In this document: positions 16,307 through 24,759 of the stretch, piece by piece
How the letters are laid out: the number at the start of each line of letters is the position of its first letter
How positions within the stretch are numbered: the stretch's first letter is position 1
DNA from: an uncultured Actinomycetota bacterium
GTDB taxonomy: Bacteria; Actinomycetota; Nitriliruptoria; Nitriliruptorales; JAHWKO01
Assembly (NCBI GenBank): GCA_964483845.1
Contig: CAZADJ010000004.1
Coordinates: 1 to 35,371 of the forward strand
Direction of reading: 5' to 3'
Length of the DNA: 35,371 nucleotides
Notes under the pieces: model-generated
What the model saw: the letters and a program-made list of their open reading frames with translations, nothing else
What the model was told of the DNA's origin: nothing
Databases searched by the model: none
Translations under genes and position numbers: made by a program

Positions 16307-16558
16307 ATGACCGAGTGTGACGGATGCCGCGAGCCCCTCGACGGCCCGCGCGTGACGATCACGACCGAGGCGTCGGACGACGGCGTCAACGTCGACGTGA
16401 CCAAGCGGTGGATCCTCTGCGTCGACTGCGGCGAGTCGGTCTTCGATCGCATCGGTGAGCCGTCCCCCTTCGTCGACGACGACTTCAAGACGATGGTGCT
16501 CCCCGACGAGGAGGAGCAGAGCCAGCAGGCCGGAGGCTACGCCGTCCGCCTCGGCTGA
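16307..16558 (+). CDS. Small (83-aa) C4 zinc-ribbon protein with acidic C-terminal tail
   Basis: MTECDGCREPL...WILCVDCGESVF has Cys4, Cys7, Cys38 and Cys41 as two CxxC pairs. The C-terminus is FVDDDFKTMVLPDEEEQSQQ. It uses ATG 16307 with purine-rich gagaggac upstream. The longer 186-aa track ORF upstream of this ATG is Arg/Pro/Gly-rich and probably not coding. Confidence 0.55.
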   Translation: MTECDGCREPLDGPRVTITTEASDDGVNVDVTKRWILCVDCGESVFDRIGEPSPFVDDDFKTMVLPDEEEQSQQAGGYAVRLG

Positions 16559-16641
16559 CCGGTACCGGGGGTCCGCCGCGGCGCTCGTCGGTAGCATGGT
16601 CGCTCGACCGACCGCACCGCCGATCGAACCGGACGTCACCC

Positions 16642-17631
16642 GTGGCACGCACCGCGACCGGACGCTCGCCCTCGCGCGGGGCACGTCTGGACCTCACCGG
16701 CCTGGCCGAGACGCTGTCCGCGGTCGAGGAGAACGTGACCTCGGTCGTCGAGGGAAAACCCGAGGTCGTCAGGCTCGCGCTCGTGGCCCTGCTGTCCGAG
16801 GGTCACATCCTCATCGAGGACGTCCCCGGCGTCGGCAAGACGCTGCTGGCCAAGGCGCTGGCGCGTAGCATCGACTGCTCGGTGCAGCGCATCCAGTTCA
16901 CGCCCGACCTGCTGCCGTCCGACGTCACCGGCGTCACCGTCTACGGCCCGGACACCGGCGAGTTCGAGTTCAAGCCCGGGCCGGTCTTCGCGAACGTCGT
17001 CCTCGGGGACGAGATCAACCGCGCCGGCCCGAAGACGCAGTCAGCCCTGCTCGAGGCGATGGAGGAGCGCACGGTCACCGTCGACGGCGTGACCTACGAG
17101 CTCGCACCGCCCTTCCTCGTCATGGCCACCCAGAACCCGATCGAGCTCGACGGCACCTACCCGTTGCCCGAAGCGCAGCGCGACCGGTTCATGATGCGGC
17201 TCGCGATCGGGTACCCGGACGCGGACTCCGAGCTGGACATCCTGCGGACCCACGGGCACGGGGACCGGCTCGAACAGCTCGAGCCGGTCACCGACGCGAC
17301 GACCATCGCGGAGGTGGTCGAGCTCGTCCGCGACGTGCGCGTCACCGAGCCGATCGAGCGCTACATCATCGCCCTCTGTCGCGCCACGCGGGGGCACGAG
17401 GACGTCGAGCTCGGCGCCTCCCCGCGGGCGTCGCTCGCGCTGCTGCGCGCCGCCCGGGCGATCGCCGCGACCGAGGGCCGCGACTACGTGGTCCCCGACG
17501 ACGTGAAGCGGCTGGCCCCCCACCTGCTCCCCCACCGGCTCATCCTGCGCGCGGAGTCGCAGCTCGCGGGTCGCGACACCGAGGACGTGATCGCCGACAT
17601 CCTCGACGGGCTGCCCGCCCCGACGGAGTGA
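16642..17631 (+). CDS. MoxR-family AAA+ ATPase
   Basis: It has Walker A DVPGVGKTLLAKA and the MoxR-signature Walker B region VVLGDEINRAGPKTQSALLEAMEERTVTV. The size is typical (about 320 aa). The start codon is uncertain (GTG at 16642). Confidence 0.92.
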   Translation: MARTATGRSPSRGARLDLTGLAETLSAVEENVTSVVEGKPEVVRLALVALLSEGHILIEDVPGVGKTLLAKALARSIDCSVQRIQFTPDLLPSDVTGVTVYGPDTGEFEFKPGPVFANVVLGDEINRAGPKTQSALLEAMEERTVTVDGVTYELAPPFLVMATQNPIELDGTYPLPEAQRDRFMMRLAIGYPDADSELDILRTHGHGDRLEQLEPVTDATTIAEVVELVRDVRVTEPIERYIIALCRATRGHEDVELGASPRASLALLRAARAIAATEGRDYVVPDDVKRLAPHLLPHRLILRAESQLAGRDTEDVIADILDGLPAPTE

Positions 17632-17677
17632 CCCCGGTGGAGCGTAGGACCGCCCGGCGAGCGAGGGACGTGATCCG

Positions 17678-18919
17678 ATGCTGACCACCCGCGGCAAGGT
17701 GCTGGGGGTCGCCGCGGTGGTGCTCTGGGCCGTCTCACGGGCGTTCGCGATCGACGAGGTCGCGATGGCGGCGCTCGGATGCCTCGCGCTGGTCGGTCTC
17801 GCGGTCGGCTACACCCGTGTGGCGTCCGCACGGCTCGCGACGCGTCGGTTCGTCCGTCCGACCCGGCTGTTCCACGACGCGGAGGGCGAGGTGGAGCTCG
17901 ATGTGCGCAACGAGGGACGGCTGCCGACCGCGACGCTCGTGGTCCAGGAGGAGGTCCCCGCGGAGCTCGCCGAGTCGAGCCGGTTCGTCCTGCAACCGAT
18001 CCAGCCGCAGCGGACGGTGCGGCTGCGCTACGCCATCCACGGGCGCAAGCGGGGTCGCTACCGGGTCGGCCCCCTGTCGGTGCGGCTGCGCGACCCCCTC
18101 GGCGTGGCGGAACGCCCCCTGCGGTTCGGACGGGTCGACGAGGTCGTCGTGTACCCACCGGTGTACGAGCTGCCCCGGACCCTGCCGCGGACGGGCCGCC
18201 GGGGCCTCGTCTCGGAGGGCACGATCCGACCACTCGCGACGACCGGGGAGTTCGCCAACGTCCGTGAGTACGTCCGCGGGGACGACCTGCGCAAGGTCCA
18301 CTGGCGTTCCACGGCGCACCGCGGGAAGCTGATGGTCATCCAGGAGGAGGCGCCGCGCGAGGCGCAGGCCACGCTGGTCCTCGACCGCCGGCGGCACGGC
18401 CACGAGGGGTTCGGGACCGCCTCCACCTTCGAGGAGGCGGTGACCGCGGCCGCCTCCGCCGCTTACCACCTCGACGACCGCGGCTACGGGGTCCGACTCA
18501 TCACCGGGCCGTACCGGCGTCCCCCGCCGATCCGATCCTGGCGGCTCGTGCTCGACCGGCTCGCGGTGGTCGAGACCACCGGGGGTGCGACGCTGCTGCC
18601 GCTGTGGCGGCAGATCGCGAAGGGCACCGCCGGGGACGGCCTCCTCGTCGCCGTCGTCGCCGTGCCCGATCCGGCCGACCTCCGCGAGATGGTCCGGGCC
18701 GGCCGCGCGTTCGCGAGCCGGGTCGCCGTGCTCGTCGCCCCCTCGGGCCGACGCACCGACACCGACGCGCTGCGCACGACGCTGACCGCGCTCCGCGGCG
18801 CGGGGTGGCGGGCCACGGTGCACCGCCCGGGCGACCGGCTGGACGACTCGTGGCAGCAGCTGGCGGTGCGGCCGGGCACGCCCGGCACCGCGACGGTCGG
18901 AGCGGGGGTGCGCAGATGA
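17678..18919 (+). CDS. DUF58 domain protein (vWA-like partner of MoxR)
   Basis: 413 aa with two N-terminal TM helices and the DUF58 signature FANVREYVRGDDLRKVHWRSTAHRGKLMVIQEE. Its stop overlaps the next start as ATGA. Confidence 0.88.
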   Translation: MLTTRGKVLGVAAVVLWAVSRAFAIDEVAMAALGCLALVGLAVGYTRVASARLATRRFVRPTRLFHDAEGEVELDVRNEGRLPTATLVVQEEVPAELAESSRFVLQPIQPQRTVRLRYAIHGRKRGRYRVGPLSVRLRDPLGVAERPLRFGRVDEVVVYPPVYELPRTLPRTGRRGLVSEGTIRPLATTGEFANVREYVRGDDLRKVHWRSTAHRGKLMVIQEEAPREAQATLVLDRRRHGHEGFGTASTFEEAVTAAASAAYHLDDRGYGVRLITGPYRRPPPIRSWRLVLDRLAVVETTGGATLLPLWRQIAKGTAGDGLLVAVVAVPDPADLREMVRAGRAFASRVAVLVAPSGRRTDTDALRTTLTALRGAGWRATVHRPGDRLDDSWQQLAVRPGTPGTATVGAGVRR

Positions 18920-21264
18920 ACACCCGCGATCTCACCCTGGCGCTCGGCGCCGCCGCACTGGTCCTCGCGGCGACCCTCTCGCTCGACCCGGTGCTGGTCG
19001 GGGGCGACTGGCGCTTCCCGACGTGGCTCGCGGTCGTCTTCGCGCTCGGCCTCGCGGCGGTCGCCCATGGGATCCGGGCGGGGTGGATCGCTGCCGTCGT
19101 CGGCAGCGTCGTCGTCTGGGTGCTCGTCACCTACGGGGTCCACCTCGAGCCGGACGGGCTGCTGCCCGGCCGTGACCAGCTGACGGAGTTCCTCGAGCTG
19201 TGGAGCGCCGGGCTCGGCGACCTCATGCGGGAACCCGCGCCGGTCGCTGCCGCCCCGGGACTGCTGCTGATCATCTGGACCGCCCTCTGGTGGCTCACGC
19301 ACGCCGTGCACGAGCTGGTCGTGCGTGCGCGACGACCCGGTCTCGGCATCGCGCTGGCGGCGGTGCTCTGGGCGGTGCCGCTCGCCCTGCGGGACGCTCC
19401 GGGCAGGACCTGGCCCGCGGCGGTGCCGTTCCTCGCCGCAGCCGTCCTCGCGCTCCTCCTCGACCCGGACGTCGACCTGGGACGCCGGCACGGCCGGGAC
19501 CGTCGCGGGGCGCGCCCCAGCACCGCCGGACTCGGCATCGGCGCCGTGGCGATCATCGTCGCGACCGTCTTCCCGGCCGCGCTCCCCGGCTACGGCGAGG
19601 AGGCGTGGGTGGACCTGACCGCCGACGACGGTGCCCGCGGCTACCAGCCGATCGTGGACGTCACGAACCGGCTGAACCGGCCGGTCCCGACCGACCTGCT
19701 CCTCGTGCGGACCGAGCGGCCGGTCTACCTCCGACTCGCCGGCCTGGATCACTTCGACGGGGAGACGTGGCGCCTCGGTCCGCCCGACGAGCGGTCGTTC
19801 ACCCCGGGCGACGTGCTGCCCGCCGATCGCCCGCTGCCCCCGGAGACGGAGATCCGCGACCGGGAGCACGTCTCGGTGGAGATCGAGAACCTCGCGCTCG
19901 AGAACGTCTTCGTCCCGACGCCCTACCACCCGCTGCGCGTCCTGGGCGGCGCGGCGCGACGGATGGTGTACTCGCCGGAGGGGACCTTCCTCGCCACCTC
20001 GGACGTCACCGAGGGCGAGCCGGCGCTGATCCCGGGGCTGTCGTACACGGTGGAGGCCGCGCTGCCGGCACCCTCGGGCGAGGATCTCGCCGCGATCGAG
20101 GCCGGAGTCTACGACGACCCGGAGTACGCGCCGTGGACCGCGCTCCCGAACGACTACCCGGAGCTGCGCCAGGTCAACGCCGCGGTCGCGGACGAGTTCG
20201 ACGTCGGGTCCCCCTACGAGATGGCCTTCGCCCTGCAGTCGTTCTTCCGCGACCCGGACCGCTTCGTCTACTCGACCGACGTCGATCCGCTGCGCAGCTC
20301 CGAGGACCTGATGCGGTTCGTGACCGAGGCCCGCGTCGGCTTCTGCACGTACTACGCCACCGCCATGGCCGTGATGCTGCGTCTGGAGGGGATCCCCGCG
20401 CGCGTCGCGGTCGGGTTCCGCCTCGGGGAGCGGCTCGAGGGGGACGAGTACCTCGTGACCAGCGATCACGCCCACGCCTGGGTCGAGGCGCTGTTCCCCG
20501 GCTACGGGTGGATCACGTTCGAGCCGACGCCGGCGCTGCCCGACACGCTCGTGCCGACGCAGGGCGACCTCGCGCCTGACGTCCCCGCCGGCCAGCAGTT
20601 CACCGACCTCGCGGCGCCGGCCGACGAGGTCGGCGTGCCGGACGAGGATCCCGCCGGACCCGAGACGCTCCCCGAGCCCGGGGCGCTCGACGATCCGGGG
20701 GCGGACGCGCGCGACGACGGCCCCGCGCTCGTCCCGCTCGTCGTGCTGGCGCTGCTGCTGATCGTCGTCGCCTCCGGCGCTCTGTGGTGGGTCACCACCG
20801 CGCGGCGACGCGCCCGACCCGAGCTCGACCCCGACGAGCGCGTCCTCGCCGCGCAGCGGTGGCTCTACCTGGACGCGGCGAGCCTCGGCGTCGGACGACG
20901 GGAGTCCGAGACCGCCCGGGAGGTCGCCGAGCGCTGGATCGCCGAGGGACGGGTCGAGCGCAGTGCCGCCGAACGACTCGCGATCCTGTCGCAGGCAGCC
21001 GCCTTCGACGGGCCGATCGGCGGTGGCGACGGTGCGGAGGCGGAGCGGCTCGCCGGGGGGCTCGCCGACGAGCTCCGGGGGTCCGTGCCGCGTCGCGAGC
21101 AGCTGCTGGCGCCGGTGCGGGCGCCGGCCCAGCGCCTGGCGACCCACGGCCGACGCGCGGCCGAGCGGCTCCGCGAGCGGGCCGAGGGCGACGGGCGGTC
21201 GTTCGGGTTCAGTCGTCCGAGCGACGACGGAGCTGGGAGATCGGATCGCCGCCGTCGACGCTGA
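18916..21264 (+). CDS. Polytopic membrane transglutaminase-like protein with DUF4129-like C-terminal region
   Basis: Start is ATG 18916 (MNTRDLTLALGAAALVLAA...). It has several N-terminal TM helices and the transglutaminase core GFCTYYATAMAVMLRLEGIPARV...DHAHAWVEALFPGYGWITFEPT (Cys-His-Asp/Glu). A late TM (LVPLVVLALLLIVVASGALWWV) is followed by a helical tail. Confidence 0.88.
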   Translation: MNTRDLTLALGAAALVLAATLSLDPVLVGGDWRFPTWLAVVFALGLAAVAHGIRAGWIAAVVGSVVVWVLVTYGVHLEPDGLLPGRDQLTEFLELWSAGLGDLMREPAPVAAAPGLLLIIWTALWWLTHAVHELVVRARRPGLGIALAAVLWAVPLALRDAPGRTWPAAVPFLAAAVLALLLDPDVDLGRRHGRDRRGARPSTAGLGIGAVAIIVATVFPAALPGYGEEAWVDLTADDGARGYQPIVDVTNRLNRPVPTDLLLVRTERPVYLRLAGLDHFDGETWRLGPPDERSFTPGDVLPADRPLPPETEIRDREHVSVEIENLALENVFVPTPYHPLRVLGGAARRMVYSPEGTFLATSDVTEGEPALIPGLSYTVEAALPAPSGEDLAAIEAGVYDDPEYAPWTALPNDYPELRQVNAAVADEFDVGSPYEMAFALQSFFRDPDRFVYSTDVDPLRSSEDLMRFVTEARVGFCTYYATAMAVMLRLEGIPARVAVGFRLGERLEGDEYLVTSDHAHAWVEALFPGYGWITFEPTPALPDTLVPTQGDLAPDVPAGQQFTDLAAPADEVGVPDEDPAGPETLPEPGALDDPGADARDDGPALVPLVVLALLLIVVASGALWWVTTARRRARPELDPDERVLAAQRWLYLDAASLGVGRRESETAREVAERWIAEGRVERSAAERLAILSQAAAFDGPIGGGDGAEAERLAGGLADELRGSVPRREQLLAPVRAPAQRLATHGRRAAERLRERAEGDGRSFGFSRPSDDGAGRSDRRRRR

Positions 21265-21523
21265 GGGCACGCAGCGCCCGGTAGCCGACGATGACCGACG
21301 TGAGCATGAGCGCGAAGCCGATGACGCCGAGGGCGAGGTGGACCGCCAGGCCGAGCAGCGTCAGCAGCCCGACGACGAAGCCGGCGATCGAGAACCGCAG
21401 TCGGCGCCGCTGGACCGCCTCGACGGTCGTGTTCGAGACCGTCTCCACGAACTTCGGATCGTCCTCGGAAAGCTGCCGAGCGATCTCCGCGAGGGCGCGC
21501 TCCTCGTGCTCCGAAAGGGGCAT
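21209..21523 (-). CDS. DUF3040 family membrane protein
   Basis: Start is ATG 21521-21523. MPLSEHEERALAEIARQLSEDDPKF is the hallmark DUF3040 N-terminus and is followed by two TM helices. The 3' end overlaps the transglutaminase gene convergently. Confidence 0.8.
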   Translation of the reverse strand: MPLSEHEERALAEIARQLSEDDPKFVETVSNTTVEAVQRRRLRFSIAGFVVGLLTLLGLAVHLALGVIGFALMLTSVIVGYRALRALSVDGGDPISQLRRRSDD

Positions 21524-21647
21524 CCCACCGACTCCTCGGCCGCTTTCCTGACGACGGACCGGACACGGTCGGTCCGAGTATACGAGGAGACGGCCGCGAC
21601 GGCATCGGTCGTCCCACCGGACATCGGGCCGGTCAGCTTCCCCCGGG

Positions 21648-22415
21648 TCAGCGTCCGACGAACCGGGGGTCGCGACCCTCGAGCGCGGCAGCGACCGCCT
21701 CGGCGAAGTCCGGACCCCTGAGGCACTCGAGCTGCGCCCGCCGCTCCGCCGCGAGGGCCTCGCTCCGTCGACGCTCCAGGTTCTCGCGTAGCAGGCGGGG
21801 CGCGCGTCGCACCGCCCCCGGACCCCGGGCGAGCCGCGCCGCGAGCGCGAAGGCACCGTCGAGATCCTCCACGGCGACCTCGGCCAGCCCGATGCGCACC
21901 GCCTCGTCGGCTCCCACGCGACGACCGGTGACGGTGAGCTCCGTGGCCCGACCCAACCCGACGAGCCGTGGCAGTCGGTGGGTGCCGCCGAGGTCGGGGA
22001 TCAGCGCCCAGCGCACCTCCATCAGCGACAGGCTCGCGTCGGGAGCGACAGCGCGTAGGTGGCAGGCGAGCGCCAGCTGCAGCCCCGCCCCGAAGCAGGG
22101 GCCCGCGATCGCAGCCACGACCGGGACGTCCAGCTCCTCGAACGCGGTGAAGCTCCCCTGGAGACGCGTGATGAACCCCTCGTCGATCGCTCCCCCATCG
22201 GCGGCCTGATCGCCGAGGGCGGAGATGTCGATCCCGCTGCTGAAGGTGCCCTGCGCGCCGCGCACGAGCACCGCCCCGATGCGTTCGTCGTCGGCGGCCC
22301 GAGCGGCGGCGTCACCGAGCGCGTCGAACGTCGCGGGATCGAGCGCGTTGCGCTTCTCGGGTCGCGCGATCTCGATCACCGCCACCGCGTCGGCGACCTC
22401 GTAGTTGACGGTCAA
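21648..22415 (-). CDS. Enoyl-CoA hydratase/isomerase (crotonase) family protein
   Basis: 255 aa. MTVNYEVADAVAVIEIARPEKRNALD and GPCFGAGLQLALACH are oxyanion-hole regions typical of crotonases. Confidence 0.88.
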   Translation of the reverse strand: MTVNYEVADAVAVIEIARPEKRNALDPATFDALGDAAARAADDERIGAVLVRGAQGTFSSGIDISALGDQAADGGAIDEGFITRLQGSFTAFEELDVPVVAAIAGPCFGAGLQLALACHLRAVAPDASLSLMEVRWALIPDLGGTHRLPRLVGLGRATELTVTGRRVGADEAVRIGLAEVAVEDLDGAFALAARLARGPGAVRRAPRLLRENLERRRSEALAAERRAQLECLRGPDFAEAVAAALEGRDPRFVGR

Positions 22416-22489
22416 CGGCGTGCCTGTCCTCGTGATCGCCCCGGAGGGTAGACCGGTAGCGTGGCCGTCCCCGACGACGGGAGGCCCCG

Positions 22490-23230
22490 GTGCTCGAGCG
22501 CGAGTGGGTCAGCGTGCGCGATCCCGACGACGATCATCTCCGTTACACGTTCGACGTGTCGTTCCTTCTATCGGCGTACCAGTGCATCTACGGGCGGGGC
22601 TGTCAGGGGGTGGGCGCCGACGGCGCCGACCCGGCGGCGGGCTGCTGCGTCCACGGCGCGTACTACGTCGACGGGGACGACCAGCGCCGGGTCGAGGCGC
22701 TCGTGCGCGAGGAGCTCGACCCCGAGATCATGCAGCGCCACGCCACCGCGATCGTCGACGGCGTCACCGTCCGTGACGAGGACGGTGAGGTGCACACGCG
22801 GATCACCGACGGGAAGTGCATCTTCGCGAACGACGCGGACTGGCCCGCCGGCGCCGGCTGCGCGCTCCACCTGCTCGCACGGCGCCGCGGCGTGCACCCG
22901 ATGACGTACAAGCCGGTCGTCTGCTGGCAGCTGCCCCTCCACCGCTCCGTCAGCGAGGAGGTGGCCGACGACGGCGAGACGCTGGAGGTCCACACGATCG
23001 CGCCGTTCGAGCGCGGGACGTGGGGGGCGGGCGGCGCGGACTTCCACTGGTGGTGCACGGAGGACCCGGCCGCCTACGTCGGCAGCGAGCCCGTGTACCG
23101 TTCGATGGAGCGCGAGCTGCGCGAGATGGTCGGCGACGGCGTCTACGAGGAGCTCGCCGGGTTCCTGGACCGGCGCGTGCGTCAGCGCGACCGGGTGCGG
23201 TTCCTCCCGCTGGCCGGCCGCGTCAGCTGA
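22490..23230 (+). CDS. Conserved Cys-rich hypothetical protein (possible metal/Fe-S binding)
   Basis: 246 aa with a GTG start and GGGAGG RBS (22477-22482). The composition looks like real protein, with Cys clusters (YQCIYGRGCQG...GCCVHGAYY, DGKCIF, AGCALH, VVCWQLP, WWCTE). I cannot name a family with confidence. Confidence 0.6.
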   Translation: MLEREWVSVRDPDDDHLRYTFDVSFLLSAYQCIYGRGCQGVGADGADPAAGCCVHGAYYVDGDDQRRVEALVREELDPEIMQRHATAIVDGVTVRDEDGEVHTRITDGKCIFANDADWPAGAGCALHLLARRRGVHPMTYKPVVCWQLPLHRSVSEEVADDGETLEVHTIAPFERGTWGAGGADFHWWCTEDPAAYVGSEPVYRSMERELREMVGDGVYEELAGFLDRRVRQRDRVRFLPLAGRVS

Positions 23231-23392
23231 CGGACCGTGCCCGGAGGTGCAACTCCGGCAGGCCTCACAGACCGAAGACCCGACCTGCGTGCACACCGGG
23301 ACCCCCAGCTCCACGCACGCCGCGTACAGGGCGGGTGTTGCATCCAGACGTCGATCACCTGCACGTCGTCGCCTCTCGCGGTGGTGGTCCCG

Positions 23393-24646
23393 TCAGAGGT
23401 CGTCGGTGGTCGGTGCGTCCTCCCACGGGCGGTCCTCCTCGTCATCGATCAGCGCACCGTAGGTGACGACATCTCCGCCGAACCGCTCCCGGAGCGCGTC
23501 CGCCGTGCGCTCGGCGTCCTCCCACCGGTGGTCGGCGTCGAGCGCGAGCTGGCGCGCGGCGGCGCCCTCCTCGAGGTTGGAGACGCCGACGCCGAGGAGC
23601 CGGACCCGTGCGCGCTCCAGCCGCAGCTGGTCGAGGAGGGCGGTCGCGTGCTCAACGAGGTCGTGGGTGCGGTCGGTGGGCAGCTCGAGCGTGGTCGAGC
23701 GGGTGACCGTGCGGAACGAGGAGAAGCGCACCTTCAGGGTGACCGTCCGCCCCGCCACCCCGGCGGCGCGCAGCCGCCGGCCGACCTTCGCACTGAGCCG
23801 GAGCAGCTCGGTCCGCAGCACCTGGTCGTCATCGACGTCCTCGGCGAACGTCTCCTCCGCCGAGATGCTCTTCGCCGGCTCGTGCGGCACGACGGCCCGG
23901 TCGTCCTCCCCGCGGGCCAGGCGGTGGAGCTGACGTCCGTTGGCGCCGCCGAGCACCCGCTCGAGGGTGCGGGCGTCCGCCTCGGCGACCTGCCCCACGG
24001 TCCGGAACCCGTACGCGTGGAGGCGCTCGGTCGTCTTCGGGCCCGCCCCCCACAGGTCCGAGACCGGGAGCGGGTCGAGGAACCGACGGACCTGCTCCGT
24101 GGGGAGGTGCAGCAGCCCGTCCGGTTTGGCCTTGTCGGAGCAGAGCTTGGCCAGGAACTTGTTCGTCGCGACGCCGACCGAGCAGGCCAGCGCGGTCTCG
24201 CGCCGGACGTCGCCACGGATGCGGTGCCCGATCTCGACCGGCGTGCCGAAGAGGCGCTCGGCGCCGGCGACGTCGAGGAACGCCTCGTCGAGCGCGAGCG
24301 GCTCGACCAGCGGCGTGTAGGACCGCATGATCCCGCGGACCCGGTCGGAGACCTCGCGGTACTTGTCGAAGTCCGGGGCGACGACCACGAGGTCGGGGCA
24401 GAGCCGGCGTGCCCGCACCATCGGCATCGCGCTCGTCACACCGAACCGCCGGGCCTCGTAGGATGCGGCCGCGACGACCCCGCGGTCACCGCTGCCACCG
24501 ACCGCGACCGGCCGGTCGCGGAGGTCCGGTCGATCGCGCTGCTCGACCGACGCGTAGAAGGCGTCCATGTCGACGTGGACGATCGGCTCGGCCGGTCGGC
24601 CCCGGGCGGGTCGAGCTCCGCCGCGTCGGATCACGGCCACCCCCAC
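23393..24646 (-). CDS. dinB: Y-family DNA polymerase IV
   Basis: 417 aa with the catalytic N-terminus VHVDMDAFYASVEQRD and SVGVATNKFLAKL, showing the DinB/UmuC fold order. An SOS box lies 63 nt upstream. The start (GTG at 24646) may be slightly downstream. Confidence 0.9.
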   Translation of the reverse strand: MGVAVIRRGGARPARGRPAEPIVHVDMDAFYASVEQRDRPDLRDRPVAVGGSGDRGVVAAASYEARRFGVTSAMPMVRARRLCPDLVVVAPDFDKYREVSDRVRGIMRSYTPLVEPLALDEAFLDVAGAERLFGTPVEIGHRIRGDVRRETALACSVGVATNKFLAKLCSDKAKPDGLLHLPTEQVRRFLDPLPVSDLWGAGPKTTERLHAYGFRTVGQVAEADARTLERVLGGANGRQLHRLARGEDDRAVVPHEPAKSISAEETFAEDVDDDQVLRTELLRLSAKVGRRLRAAGVAGRTVTLKVRFSSFRTVTRSTTLELPTDRTHDLVEHATALLDQLRLERARVRLLGVGVSNLEEGAAARQLALDADHRWEDAERTADALRERFGGDVVTYGALIDDEEDRPWEDAPTTDDL

Positions 24647-24708
24647 GAGCGCACACGACGACGGACCGGGCCGCGGGCGCGCTGACGCCGGGCAGCGAGC
24701 AGCGGCCG

Positions 24709-24726
24709 CGCGAACACCTGTTCGCG
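24709..24726. promoter_or_regulatory. LexA/Cheo-type SOS box cgCGAACacctGTTCGcg
   Basis: A perfect 18-bp dyad with core CGAAC-N4-GTTCG at 24711-24724. On the dinB strand a TAGGCT -10-like hexamer (24730-24735) lies 5 nt upstream of the core. The box sits between dinB and the VOC gene. Confidence 0.75.
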
Positions 24727-24759
24727 AGCAGCCTACCAGCCCACCGGAGGGAACCGCGC

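Noticed and set aside
18484-21270. 928-aa minus-strand ORF antisense to the DUF58 and transglutaminase genes
   Set aside because: The composition is typical of GC-artefact ORFs (runs of R, G, P, D and E). The plus-strand proteins carry clear DUF58 and transglutaminase signatures.
23393-24646. Whether this Y-family gene is ImuB, the catalytically dead mutasome adaptor
   Set aside because: It retains the catalytic acidic motif DMDAFYASVE and has typical DinB length and domain order, so I call it dinB.
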